From contig JANRKO010000006.1 of assembly GCA_033763455.1 (NCBI GenBank), forward strand, positions 96,001 through 160,000: a stretch of 64,000 bases of DNA. The letters run 5' to 3'. The translations under genes were made by a program, and so were the position numbers. Shown one piece after another: positions 38,687-47,591 of this stretch (position 1 is the first letter of the stretch; each line of letters starts with the position of its first letter). The stretch comes from Polyangiaceae bacterium (GTDB lineage: Bacteria; Myxococcota_A; Polyangia; Polyangiales; Polyangiaceae). The notes beneath the pieces are model-generated. The model was not told where the DNA came from, made no database searches, and saw only the letters and a program-made list of their open reading frames with translations.

Positions 38687-39192
38687 CGCTTGCGTTCGCC
38701 AGCCTGTTGTTTGCCAATGTGGCGCTGAGTGCTCCGCCGCCACAAGTGGCGGCCAACCCTCAGCCGCCGTCCGGTTCAGAGTTTCGCCTGTCTCTACAGG
38801 CCGAGTCTGCCTTCGGTGTCGGGCGGGGTTCGTTTGTTACGGGGCTTGGCGGTGCGCGTTTCGATTACCGTTTCAGCCCCGAATGGAGCGTTGGTTCGTA
38901 CGTTGGGTACGCCAATCTCAAGGGGCCTAACGGGGGGAGGGTACACAACGCGCTCCTGTACGGACTTCTTAGCTACGAAGCGCCGTTAGCATCGCAGCTT
39001 ACCCTCCCACTTCGGTTGGGGATGGGCTACCTGCCCAAGAACGGTCCATACCTTCGGACCAGTGTGGGGCTCGGTTATGCGGTCAATGAGAGCTGGGCGC
39101 TTGGGTTGGACGCGGTGCCCGCGTTTTGGTCTGTGGATGACAGAACTGAACTCTCGGTGGGTCTGGCGTTCGGCGTTTCAAGGAATTTCTGA
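38683..39192 (+). CDS. Small outer-membrane beta-barrel-like protein
   Basis: Signal peptide, Gly/aromatic amphipathic strands, terminal Phe (VGLAFGVSRNF); ATGA overlap with the cytochrome gene. Confidence 0.7.
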   Translation: MTLAFASLLFANVALSAPPPQVAANPQPPSGSEFRLSLQAESAFGVGRGSFVTGLGGARFDYRFSPEWSVGSYVGYANLKGPNGGRVHNALLYGLLSYEAPLASQLTLPLRLGMGYLPKNGPYLRTSVGLGYAVNESWALGLDAVPAFWSVDDRTELSVGLAFGVSRNF

Positions 39193-39207
39193 GGGGGCGC
39201 AGGGCGA

Positions 39208-40203
39208 TCAGAAAGCCTTCACTGAACTCAGGTGCAAGATTGAGAATCGTTGCGTGGTGAGTCGAAGGTAGCGTGCGTTTACCGGCTGGGCCAGCTTCGG
39301 CTTCCAAAGCTCAAAGTCCTGCGTCTGACGGGCGACTTCCTTCCAGCTCTTATTGTCGATGCTGACTTCCGCAACCAGTGGAATTGCCCGCTCTCCCAGA
39401 CCCTCTCCGCGATTATGCACCTCAAGGGAGGAAAGCGTCTTCACCGATCCGAGATCGTACTTAACCCAGGGATTATTCTCCTGATTGGTGTGAAAAAGGA
39501 GACCGTATGCGGACGGATCTAGTGCCGCGGCACTGCTTGTTGCAAAGCCAACTCCAGCTAGCAAATTGACGGGCGCTGTTAGCTTGTTGAAACCAACAAC
39601 TGCCGCCACAACGAGCGCGCAGGCTCCCACAGTAAGGGCGGCCGAACGAAAGAAGCGCAGCCAGCGAAGTGCGCTCACCTGTCGGATTGGACCGTCTACG
39701 GCGGCTAGGAGGGCGCTTACCACCTGACTGAGGAGATCGAGGTCACTCTTGATTTGGCCGGCTGAAATCGTCGGGTCGAGCGGGAGTTCCCCGGGGAAGA
39801 GCTGATCGATACGTTGGAGCGCTGTCGGCGACAAGGGCACCGAGTCCGCAACCGCGGTGCGCTTTTGCGACCAAACGTCAGCCAGTGTTTGATTGGGTTC
39901 TTGGGCAGCCGCCAGAGCTGTGAGCCCAGCGCTATGGAACAACAGCAGCGCTGTTGTATCCACTGAATCCGCGCTCACGGAAGCCACTCGATCCCGCACG
40001 CGCTCCGCCAGGTCAAGAAGTGCGTGTGCCTGGTCGAGCAGCAGGCGTTCTCTCGGGGCAACGCGGGTCGCATTGTTGCGAGCTTCACGGATCGCCCTTG
40101 ACTGCCACAACCACTCCCAGAAACGAGAGAAAGAGCCGGTGCTAGGTGCCGGGATGCTGGTGGTTTCACCAGAGGGAGTGGGGGCGTGGCTGGTCTGGGT
40201 CAT
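39208..40203 (-). CDS. Membrane protein with C-terminal discoidin (F5/8 type C) domain
   Basis: One TM segment, then FHTNQENNPW..YDLG....S.EVHNR, VSIDNKSWKEV, ARYLRL. Confidence 0.8.
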   Translation of the reverse strand: MTQTSHAPTPSGETTSIPAPSTGSFSRFWEWLWQSRAIREARNNATRVAPRERLLLDQAHALLDLAERVRDRVASVSADSVDTTALLLFHSAGLTALAAAQEPNQTLADVWSQKRTAVADSVPLSPTALQRIDQLFPGELPLDPTISAGQIKSDLDLLSQVVSALLAAVDGPIRQVSALRWLRFFRSAALTVGACALVVAAVVGFNKLTAPVNLLAGVGFATSSAAALDPSAYGLLFHTNQENNPWVKYDLGSVKTLSSLEVHNRGEGLGERAIPLVAEVSIDNKSWKEVARQTQDFELWKPKLAQPVNARYLRLTTQRFSILHLSSVKAF

Positions 40204-40458
40204 GGGTCTTTCTTGAACCTAGCGGTGTGGCGAGTATCAGGCTCGGTCTTAGTCGATTTGCGCTCGTTCTTGAAAGGGGGTTTCAGAGCTTGGGTGGGGG
40301 CCGGGTTCGACAGTGTTTCGGGCGCAGTGCGAGCTAGGGGCAACCCTACCGGGCCGAGGCGTCGCTCGCTCATTCGCGGAGCGAGTGAGAATTCGGCGGT
40401 TCCGCCCCATGCGGATGCCCGCATTGGCGCAGCTGCTAGGGTTGGGCTATTCCCAAGC

Positions 40459-41091
40459 ATGCCCAAGCAACGGCAATTTGTGTTCGTCATGGTGGCGGCA
40501 TTCTTTTGGGCCTGCGCGCCACGCGCACAGCACGGGAAGATGAGCGCCCTTAGCTTGGCGACGAGCGAGCAATGGAAGGCTTGCCCACACGGTGTGCCTG
40601 AGGATGTGTGCGTGAAGTGTCATCCTGAGCGTGCCCGGGCCTATCGCGACCGAGGGGATTGGTGTGAGGAACACGGGGTTCCCGAGTCGCAGTGTCTAAC
40701 GTGTAACCCCGATCTCGATTTTTCGCCACCCAAGGCGCCACCCCAGGGTTCGGACGTGATTGAGATCGTGCATGCGGGCGAAGACTTGCCTGCTCTGGAG
40801 CCATTCCTGGCAAGGGGCCGTGTCACAGTCTTTGATTTCTACGCCGCTTGGTGCACACCGTGTCGCAAGCTGGATACTTTCCTTTATTCACGCCTAGCGG
40901 GCGATCAACACATTTCCATACGCAAAGTGAACATTGTTGATTGGGACTCGGAGGCTGCCCAAAAATGGCTGAAAGGCGTGCCTGAATTGCCGTACGTCAT
41001 CGTTTACGGGAAGCGCGGTCAGCGAGTGGCAGAATTGCACGGGGTTGATTTTGCCGCGCTCGATCGCGCACTCACCGAGGCGGCACGGTGA
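40459..41091 (+). CDS. Lipoprotein with duplicated Cys/His metal-binding motif fused to a thioredoxin domain
   Basis: Lipobox FWAC; CPHGVPEDVCVKCHP and CEEHGVPESQCLTCNP; DFYAAWCTPC. Start set at ATG 40459. Confidence 0.8.
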   Translation: MPKQRQFVFVMVAAFFWACAPRAQHGKMSALSLATSEQWKACPHGVPEDVCVKCHPERARAYRDRGDWCEEHGVPESQCLTCNPDLDFSPPKAPPQGSDVIEIVHAGEDLPALEPFLARGRVTVFDFYAAWCTPCRKLDTFLYSRLAGDQHISIRKVNIVDWDSEAAQKWLKGVPELPYVIVYGKRGQRVAELHGVDFAALDRALTEAAR

Positions 41092-42116
41092 ACGGGCGGT
41101 TTTTCAAACTCCCCTTGGTGCTCATCGGCCTTGCCCTGAGTACTTCACCCAGCGTGGCAGAAGCGTGTGCAGGGTGCAGGAATCCTTCTATGCCGGTAGC
41201 TCGCGGCAGCGCCGGGACCCTCGACGTAGGTAATTTTCGAGCGGGAGCAACGCTTTCCGCAACGGCGGTCAACGTGGCGCACAAAGCTGGCTGTGCCGAT
41301 CTCAATAACTGCACCGAAGTGCCGGTTCAGCCTGAATATTTGCACGATCAAGGCATCTATCCCGCAGAGCTTCGGCTATTTGCTGAATTTGCGCTCGGCG
41401 GCCCCTTTGGGCTTGAGTTACAGCTTCCGTTCCGAATGGTTCGCACCACCATTCACTACGAAACGCTCGCCGGTGCCCCGTATGAGCCGATGGACGCCGG
41501 AGTGCATCATCGCAACGAGACGGTTGCCGGCCCCGCAGATCCTTGGATGCTGCTTAGGATTGGTCAAAATTTCGGGAGTTATTGGCTAGCCGCGCGCCCT
41601 GGCATTTCGCTGCCCCTGGGAAGTACGGAAGAAAATCCCTTTGCCCTCGGTGATCAGGGTTTGCGCCATCAACACATCCAGCTTGGGTCCGGAACCTTCG
41701 ACCCGCTGCTGATCTTGGAGGCCAGCACCTCTTTAGAGAAGATAACTTTGGATGCCTTCGCGCAGGCCCAAACCACCCTTTACAACAATACTCACGGCTA
41801 TCGCGCCCCCACTCGCTTCTATGGGGGCGCTCATGTGGGTACCGATCTAACGCCGGAGTTTGGCGCCAGCTTGGGGCCCGAGTTCAGTCACGAAGACGCT
41901 GAACGTTGGGGCGGCGAGATCCAGCAAGATGGATTGCTGGGGCGCAGTGAGCTCTTGGGAGCACTCCGAGTTGGCTACAAGTTCAACAAGACCGAGCTCA
42001 GCCTTTCGCTGAGAGTCCCCTTGTGGCGCCGGCTGTTGGAGGGCAGTGAACCAGCAGGTAAGTTCGAGAATCCGCTCAGTGTGGCTCTCGGGGTGGTTCA
42101 AGCGGGGGCGTTCTAG
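41088..42116 (+). CDS. Secreted His/Cys-rich outer-membrane beta-barrel-like protein
   Basis: Signal ending AEA followed by CAGC; HHRNET, HQHIQLGSGTFDP, G.SLPLG; terminal Phe; GTGA overlap with the upstream gene. Confidence 0.65.
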   Translation: MNGRFFKLPLVLIGLALSTSPSVAEACAGCRNPSMPVARGSAGTLDVGNFRAGATLSATAVNVAHKAGCADLNNCTEVPVQPEYLHDQGIYPAELRLFAEFALGGPFGLELQLPFRMVRTTIHYETLAGAPYEPMDAGVHHRNETVAGPADPWMLLRIGQNFGSYWLAARPGISLPLGSTEENPFALGDQGLRHQHIQLGSGTFDPLLILEASTSLEKITLDAFAQAQTTLYNNTHGYRAPTRFYGGAHVGTDLTPEFGASLGPEFSHEDAERWGGEIQQDGLLGRSELLGALRVGYKFNKTELSLSLRVPLWRRLLEGSEPAGKFENPLSVALGVVQAGAF

Positions 42117-42232
42117 GCCTATCCGTACCTCTTGGCTCTGATAGCTGCAGTCGCTGTCGTGGGGGGCATTTACGCGTACGTTCAGGTCTCGGCGCACGAT
42201 GCGAGCTTAGATCGAGCTTGGGCCCAGGTGCG

Positions 42233-43420
42233 TTAATTACCCTGTGCCAGATTTTGGATCTCTTGAGCGGAGAGTGCAGTATTGTAGATCCGCACGTCGT
42301 CGATTCGCCCGTTCCAGAAGTCGTCGGTGCCATCACCCGAACCGATATGGAAGGACGCTGGGGAGGAGCAATCAACAGCCGTATCAGTGTTGGCGCTCAG
42401 CACTCCATCCACGTAAATCTTCCTGATGTTGAGACCACCGTCTTGCACCGCAGCCAGGTGGTGCCACCCCGTTGTCGCAGCGGCTGTGGCCCCCGAGGTG
42501 ACGTTCGGTTCAAATGTCCATTCATTGAATGGGTTGAGCCAAAGCCCGCAGTATTTGGTTGTATCTTCTTTGGCCACCACGGCTTTCCAATTATTGGGAA
42601 GTGCGCTCATGAAGGCCCAGGCAGAAAAGGTAAAGCTTTTTGCAGCATTCCCCGTGTAATTGGGCGAATTGGGAATAGTCACGTAATTCGTGCTGCCGTT
42701 AAAACGGAGGCAGTTCGGATCCGGGAATTGGATCGCCGCTGGCACAGTGGTGACGACGGTGGGCTTGCTGGCACTGTAGGTACCGTTGTTTCCAAAACCT
42801 GAGGAATCAGCGACAACGCCTGCGGTCGTGGCTTCATCGAGCTTCCAGTAACCAACCAAGCCGCCTGCGCCACCGGTGCTAGTGCCACCGGTGCTAGTGC
42901 CACCCGAACTCGTGCCACCCGAACTCGTGCCGCCTGAACTCGCGCCACCTGAACTCGTGCCGCCTGAACTCGTGCCACCCGAACTCGCGCCACCCGAACT
43001 CGCGCCACCCGTTGAGCTCGCCATGCCGCCAAGGAGTGGCGTTACACCCCCGCCGGCAGTCGAAGCGAAGCCTCCGGTTGTGCCCCCAGTCGCGCTCATA
43101 TTGGAGCTACTGCTGCTTGGCATTGCGCCGGCACCGCTCGGGGCACCATTTCCAGCCAGGCCGCCCAACGTGCTGATTGCGTCGAGGGGTAACGAATCGT
43201 ACCCAAAGCTGCAGCGCGTGAGGCCAACACCCATCACCAATAGAGCGACCGCCGAATCTACGCCACTCCGCCCGCGGCTTACAACGCGGCCGGCTCGCTT
43301 CTCGATGCTTCGCGTTGCCGTTCTCACTCTCCCGATCCTAGCAACCAAACGGCTCTCTGGCGTGGAAGTTGAGCTTTGGGTCCGGAGCTCTCGCTCGGCC
43401 ATTATACTGGCCTTTCCCAC
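42233..43420 (-). CDS. LamG (concanavalin A-like) domain protein with Gly/Ser linker
   Basis: LVGYWKLDE...DSSGFGNNGT, FTFSAW, WHHLAAV, IYVDG, GRIDDVRIYNTALS. True start is uncertain and probably downstream of 43420. Confidence 0.85.
   Translation of the reverse strand: MGKASIMAERELRTQSSTSTPESRLVARIGRVRTATRSIEKRAGRVVSRGRSGVDSAVALLVMGVGLTRCSFGYDSLPLDAISTLGGLAGNGAPSGAGAMPSSSSSNMSATGGTTGGFASTAGGGVTPLLGGMASSTGGASSGGASSGGTSSGGTSSGGASSGGTSSGGTSSGGTSTGGTSTGGAGGLVGYWKLDEATTAGVVADSSGFGNNGTYSASKPTVVTTVPAAIQFPDPNCLRFNGSTNYVTIPNSPNYTGNAAKSFTFSAWAFMSALPNNWKAVVAKEDTTKYCGLWLNPFNEWTFEPNVTSGATAAATTGWHHLAAVQDGGLNIRKIYVDGVLSANTDTAVDCSSPASFHIGSGDGTDDFWNGRIDDVRIYNTALSAQEIQNLAQGN
42875..43010 (-). repeat. Coding 15-bp tandem repeat, about 9 units encoding GG(A/T)S(S/T)
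   Basis: GAACTCG(T/C)GCC(A/G)CC(C/T) units inside the LamG gene linker. Confidence 0.9.
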
Positions 43421-43483
43421 CTACAGTGGAGTCACGCGCGCTCGTTGTGCTAAACGTGGCGGATCTGTTGAGGAGCTGAAGCT

Positions 43484-43939
43484 ATGCAACCACCGCCCGG
43501 AGGCTATCCACCCAATCCACCCCCTGGTTCGCCGCCACAATGGGGTGCGCCACCAGGCGCTCCGGCGGGAACGCCTCCTGCTGGAATCCCTCCAGGGCAA
43601 CCTCCGGTTTACGCTCCGGCTGCACTATACGGAGGTCCCCCGGGCACCATGGGTAACATGGCATTGCAGCATCCCTCCGGGTTACCGCCGCACCGCGGAA
43701 CGTTGATCATGGTGTTGGGCGTGCTTGGCATCATCATGTGCCAAGTAGTCGGCGTCGTGGCATGGGTGTTGGCAAACAAAGACCTGGCGGAAATGGATGC
43801 CGGCCGGATGGACCCATCGGGGAGGGATTTGACCCGGGTCGGCAAGATCCTGGGCATGATCGCTGTGGGCCTGATGCTGCTCGCCATCGTAGGATTCCTG
43901 GTTTTTGGAATGGGAATTCTGATTGCGGCATTTCACTGA
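43484..43939 (+). CDS. Pro-rich membrane protein (DUF4190-like)
   Basis: Pro/Gly N-terminus, PHRGTLIMVLG, two TM helices, MDPSGR...GKILG. Confidence 0.75.
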   Translation: MQPPPGGYPPNPPPGSPPQWGAPPGAPAGTPPAGIPPGQPPVYAPAALYGGPPGTMGNMALQHPSGLPPHRGTLIMVLGVLGIIMCQVVGVVAWVLANKDLAEMDAGRMDPSGRDLTRVGKILGMIAVGLMLLAIVGFLVFGMGILIAAFH

Positions 43940-45662
43940 TCGAGTGCATCGAAGGCTGCTTAATTTCAGTTATTGGGCTGTTCTCTCGTTGGTGTGTTGC
44001 TGGGCCTGCCAGCGCACACCTTCTGAATCACACCGTTCGAAAGATGCGGGTGCAGCTCCCGGTGGAGGTAGCTCGGAATCTGCAAGGGCAGCGGAAAAGC
44101 CGGTCAAGAGTGTCGTGGCGTCCGAGGCGCTCCCCACCAAGGACGCCGAACTTGCTTTTCAGGCCGCCAAGCAGCTGATTGGGGCAGCGCTTGCCCGAAC
44201 GGGGCTCAAAGGTGCTCCGGAGTTTGATCGACAACGCGCTCAGATCGTCGGGCGCGCCAAGGGCGAACCTGTGGTTTTCGTTCGGACGCCACAGTTTAAC
44301 TCCAACGATAGCCAGGAAGCCAAGTACTATCAGGCGCGCTTTGCGTCGGAATGGAAGATATGGCCTCGCCTTGTGAGTGCACGGAAAGTATTTCTGGATA
44401 GCCCAACCCTTGGTCGAGCTTCGCTTCTGCGCGAGGGGTACCTGTATGCGGAGAGCCCCAACGAGGCTTTTTCGCTGGTGAGCTTGGTGGGCATGGATTG
44501 GCTATTCTCCGAGGCTCGTGTGTGGCTTGAACGGGGTGAAGTGCTGATGCACGCCGAGCGTCGGGAGCGAGGCGAATATTACTTCAGCGATGGCCCGCTG
44601 AAAGATTCAGTGGTGCGCCTCATGCATTTGGATCGCATGGGCGTAGGGGAGGGGCCAACCGAGCCTGCGCTCCATCGAGATTTTAGGGCTCTACAGTATC
44701 GGCTCCATTTCGATCGCGCAAAGGTCACTCATCTCAGCGAAACAGAGCTCGTGGCCGAGCTGCGCTACGGGGAAAAGCTTTGGGTACCGACGCTACTCCG
44801 GTCAACCGGGGCGCATTTGGACCTGGCTGCGGAGGCCGTTGCGCCCGCTCAGGTTTCTGCGCTGCGTGCCTACCGCTCGGAGCAGGCGCTCCGGCAGAAC
44901 GGCCTTCAAGCCTTGCGTGAGGCCATACTCGGTTTGGTGCGCGAAGGCATGCCGTTTGATGAACCAAAGACAGAAGTGGGCCAGGAAGATGGCAAGCTTC
45001 GCGGGGAGTGGCGTCGCGCCTACTTAGAGGGACGCGATACGTACAAATACCGTGATGATCGTTACCAGGTTTTCGATAAACAGGGGCGGCCGCTGGTGCC
45101 CCAAGTGTGTGTTGATTTCCTCGTTGACTCGTTTGAACGAGCCTCGGGCACTTGGTGGAAACCAAAAGGCGCGGCAGAGCGGGAGCTTACCCAGGGCGCC
45201 CTAGATTGGGGCAGCCTTCGCACTGAGCTTCGCCGCGCTCGGGGCCTTGTGGCGCTCGGGCAAACTCACCCCGAGTGGTTCGAAGTGTGGGAGGTGCCGG
45301 AAGCTGAACGCATTGAGCTTGGGTACAAAGAAAAATTCTTTAACTACCTCGAGCAAAATGCGGGTTCTTTTAGGGCCGGGGATATCATTCTGATCCGAGG
45401 GCTCACCCCTTGGGATGAAGAGGAGATGCACACGCACTCGTTCTTCATCTACGAGACAGATCCCGTGACAGGTATTCCGATCCTCATCGCCGGCAATGCG
45501 TGGCGTCCCCAGATTTGGTCGTGGGAAGCGGAAGCTCGGCGGACGCCCAAACGCACAGTGCGCTATCGCATGCGACCCACCCTAGAATTTCTGAAGCTGC
45601 TGGCTGGCTCGCGTCGCTTTTCGGAAGCACCACCCCCGGTAGCGCCGGTGATGGAGTGGTAG
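43923..45662 (+). CDS. Hypothetical lipoprotein, possible NlpC/P60-like C-terminal domain
   Basis: Lipobox-like CWAC, 579-aa open frame, QVCVDF...GDIILIRG...HTHSFFI. Start uncertain. Confidence 0.6.
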   Translation: MRHFTDRVHRRLLNFSYWAVLSLVCCWACQRTPSESHRSKDAGAAPGGGSSESARAAEKPVKSVVASEALPTKDAELAFQAAKQLIGAALARTGLKGAPEFDRQRAQIVGRAKGEPVVFVRTPQFNSNDSQEAKYYQARFASEWKIWPRLVSARKVFLDSPTLGRASLLREGYLYAESPNEAFSLVSLVGMDWLFSEARVWLERGEVLMHAERRERGEYYFSDGPLKDSVVRLMHLDRMGVGEGPTEPALHRDFRALQYRLHFDRAKVTHLSETELVAELRYGEKLWVPTLLRSTGAHLDLAAEAVAPAQVSALRAYRSEQALRQNGLQALREAILGLVREGMPFDEPKTEVGQEDGKLRGEWRRAYLEGRDTYKYRDDRYQVFDKQGRPLVPQVCVDFLVDSFERASGTWWKPKGAAERELTQGALDWGSLRTELRRARGLVALGQTHPEWFEVWEVPEAERIELGYKEKFFNYLEQNAGSFRAGDIILIRGLTPWDEEEMHTHSFFIYETDPVTGIPILIAGNAWRPQIWSWEAEARRTPKRTVRYRMRPTLEFLKLLAGSRRFSEAPPPVAPVMEW

Positions 45663-45734
45663 GGCGCGTGGTGATGCCGAACCACGCGAAAACCGATTGA
45701 GGCTTGGGCACGTCTGCGCTATGGCGCGCGGAAG

Positions 45735-46508
45735 ATGGTAGCCGAGGCTTCGCCGCGGATTTCAGTGGGCCAGTTACGAGCGGTGCACTTGGCGCGTCTG
45801 CCGCGGCACTGGCAGAACCAACCGCACTCTCACTCGTACAGCGAGATTGTCATTCCGACGAGCGGCCGAGTTGAAACCACTGTCGGGGGGCAAACAAAAT
45901 CGGCGGGTCCGGGGCAAGTTCTCATCTATCCGGCTGGCCAGGTGCACCAATCTAGGGCGGGTGATGGCAAACCCCTTACGCAGATCGTTATTGGTTGGGA
46001 AGGCCGTTCGTCGTTACTTCCAGATGAATTCACCGCTATCGCAGACGCCCAAGGGCGTTTGACGGTCTTGGGGCGTTGGTTCCTTGAGGTACACCCGGTC
46101 ACGGACGACAAGCAGCGCGAGTTAGCACAGTCGCTGCTCACATCGTTGCTCTTTGAGATCCATCAGAATCTCCAATCTCCCGTCTCCAACCTGAGCTCCA
46201 TGGTGCGGCGTTATGTAAAGCAGCACCTCGCCGAGCCGCTCTCTATCGCAGATCTCTCGCGCGCAGCGGGGCTCAGCCCATTTCATTTCTCTCGCGTTTT
46301 CAAGGAGGCGGAAGGTATTCCCCCAATGACCTTCGTGCGCAACGCTCGGCTTGAAGTAGCGCGAACGCTTCTAGAAACAACGCGGCTCACGCTGCGGGAG
46401 GTGGCCGAAAGCGTCGGTTTCAGCGATCAGTTCCAGCTCTCGCGAATCTTCCGGCGAGTGCTCGGGATGGCCCCAAGTGACGTGCGCGCTAGCAAACCTA
46501 GAAAGTAG
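45735..46508 (+). CDS. AraC-family transcriptional regulator
   Basis: HSHSYSEI cupin; LSPFHFSRVFK; VAESVGFSDQFQLSRIF. Confidence 0.92.
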   Translation: MVAEASPRISVGQLRAVHLARLPRHWQNQPHSHSYSEIVIPTSGRVETTVGGQTKSAGPGQVLIYPAGQVHQSRAGDGKPLTQIVIGWEGRSSLLPDEFTAIADAQGRLTVLGRWFLEVHPVTDDKQRELAQSLLTSLLFEIHQNLQSPVSNLSSMVRRYVKQHLAEPLSIADLSRAAGLSPFHFSRVFKEAEGIPPMTFVRNARLEVARTLLETTRLTLREVAESVGFSDQFQLSRIFRRVLGMAPSDVRASKPRK

Positions 46509-46514
46509 CTTTAG

Positions 46515-47420
46515 CTAGCCCGCGAGGCTGCGGGCGCGGGCGTAGCTTGCAACTTCTTCGATGCGTTGTGCGGAGGCTAGGTGTTCGAGGCTTCCTGGGT
46601 GTCCTTGTCGGAGCGCGTGAGCGTAGTCGTACAAAGCTGGCACGTCGGCGTGCGGCATTACAGAGATAGCCGCCTTAAGGTCCGTGGCGAGCCGCTCGCT
46701 GCACAATGCGGTGCGCTCTTGCAGTAAGCATATGGCGTGATCGAACCACTTCCGATCGCGTCGCCCGATCGTCAATTTCAAGCTGAGGCTAACAGCTCCC
46801 CGGAAGGTTTCGTCGTCGATTTCGCGCCCGGAGCGCTGTTCACGCAAGACTCGCTCTAGGTGGCCACTTACAATGTTTTCGGCCTCAGCTACTTTGCCTG
46901 CGAGTAAGAGGGGCTCAGCTGCCCTTGCCACGAGTTCGAGGACAGCGGTTTGGCGGGTCGCCTCTGCTTGGGTGAGTGCGCTAAAGCGCGTGGGGGTTAC
47001 GGCGAGTGCGGAAGAGCGGCCCGTGATGAGCATGTTGCCTAGCGCGCGCGTGCCTTCGCCGAGTGTGAGAATTTGCGCGTTGCGCTGATGACCGACCTCG
47101 AACACTAGCTCCTGACGCCCAATGCGCAGCGTATCCTGCGGCCTAAGTTTGACGGAGCCCGCAACGCGCTGCTCGTTCACGTACACGCCGTTTACGCTCT
47201 GGAGGTCTCGGAAGAAGGCTTCGTTGGGCCTGATGTCCAGTTGGCAATGGCGTCGGGAGACTAATGGCTCATCGAGACAGAAGTTGCAGATGGGGCTCCT
47301 GCCAAACAGGTAGACGCCCTCCGTCAACAGAATCGAGTGCCCGGCGTAGCGCAGGTAGACTTCCTGCACTTCGTCTCCCGCCGACCGCCGCAAATGCTTT
47401 CCAGACGGATAGGTTCCCAT
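46515..47420 (-). CDS. FHA-domain protein
   Basis: FGRS, VSRRH, DLQSVNGVYVN. Confidence 0.88.
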   Translation of the reverse strand: MGTYPSGKHLRRSAGDEVQEVYLRYAGHSILLTEGVYLFGRSPICNFCLDEPLVSRRHCQLDIRPNEAFFRDLQSVNGVYVNEQRVAGSVKLRPQDTLRIGRQELVFEVGHQRNAQILTLGEGTRALGNMLITGRSSALAVTPTRFSALTQAEATRQTAVLELVARAAEPLLLAGKVAEAENIVSGHLERVLREQRSGREIDDETFRGAVSLSLKLTIGRRDRKWFDHAICLLQERTALCSERLATDLKAAISVMPHADVPALYDYAHALRQGHPGSLEHLASAQRIEEVASYARARSLAG

Positions 47421-47591
47421 CGGAGGAGGTGAACGGCCGAAAAGCTCGAAACGTTAGGAGGAACGAGACAATTTTGTGAAGACGCCTTCAGGGCCCCAAA
47501 AACTCGCGAAACGTGGGCCCGCAGCTGCGAGTCGAGGTCGGAAAAGGGGCTGAAGCCCCCACTGGCCCCGAGTTGGGGAAGAGCGCGTTCC

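Noticed and set aside
40600..40625. CVKCH in the thioredoxin lipoprotein as a heme c site
   Set aside because: It is one of two homologous repeats and the second reads CLTCN, which favours a metal-binding motif; heme is not fully excluded.
42876..43706. Plus-strand ORF with PPELV repeats, and other long antisense ORFs (14-784, 11852-12706, 13408-14364, 22115-22963, 32468-33280)
   Set aside because: These are shadows of well-supported genes on the opposite strand, expected in high-GC DNA, and carry no independent motifs.
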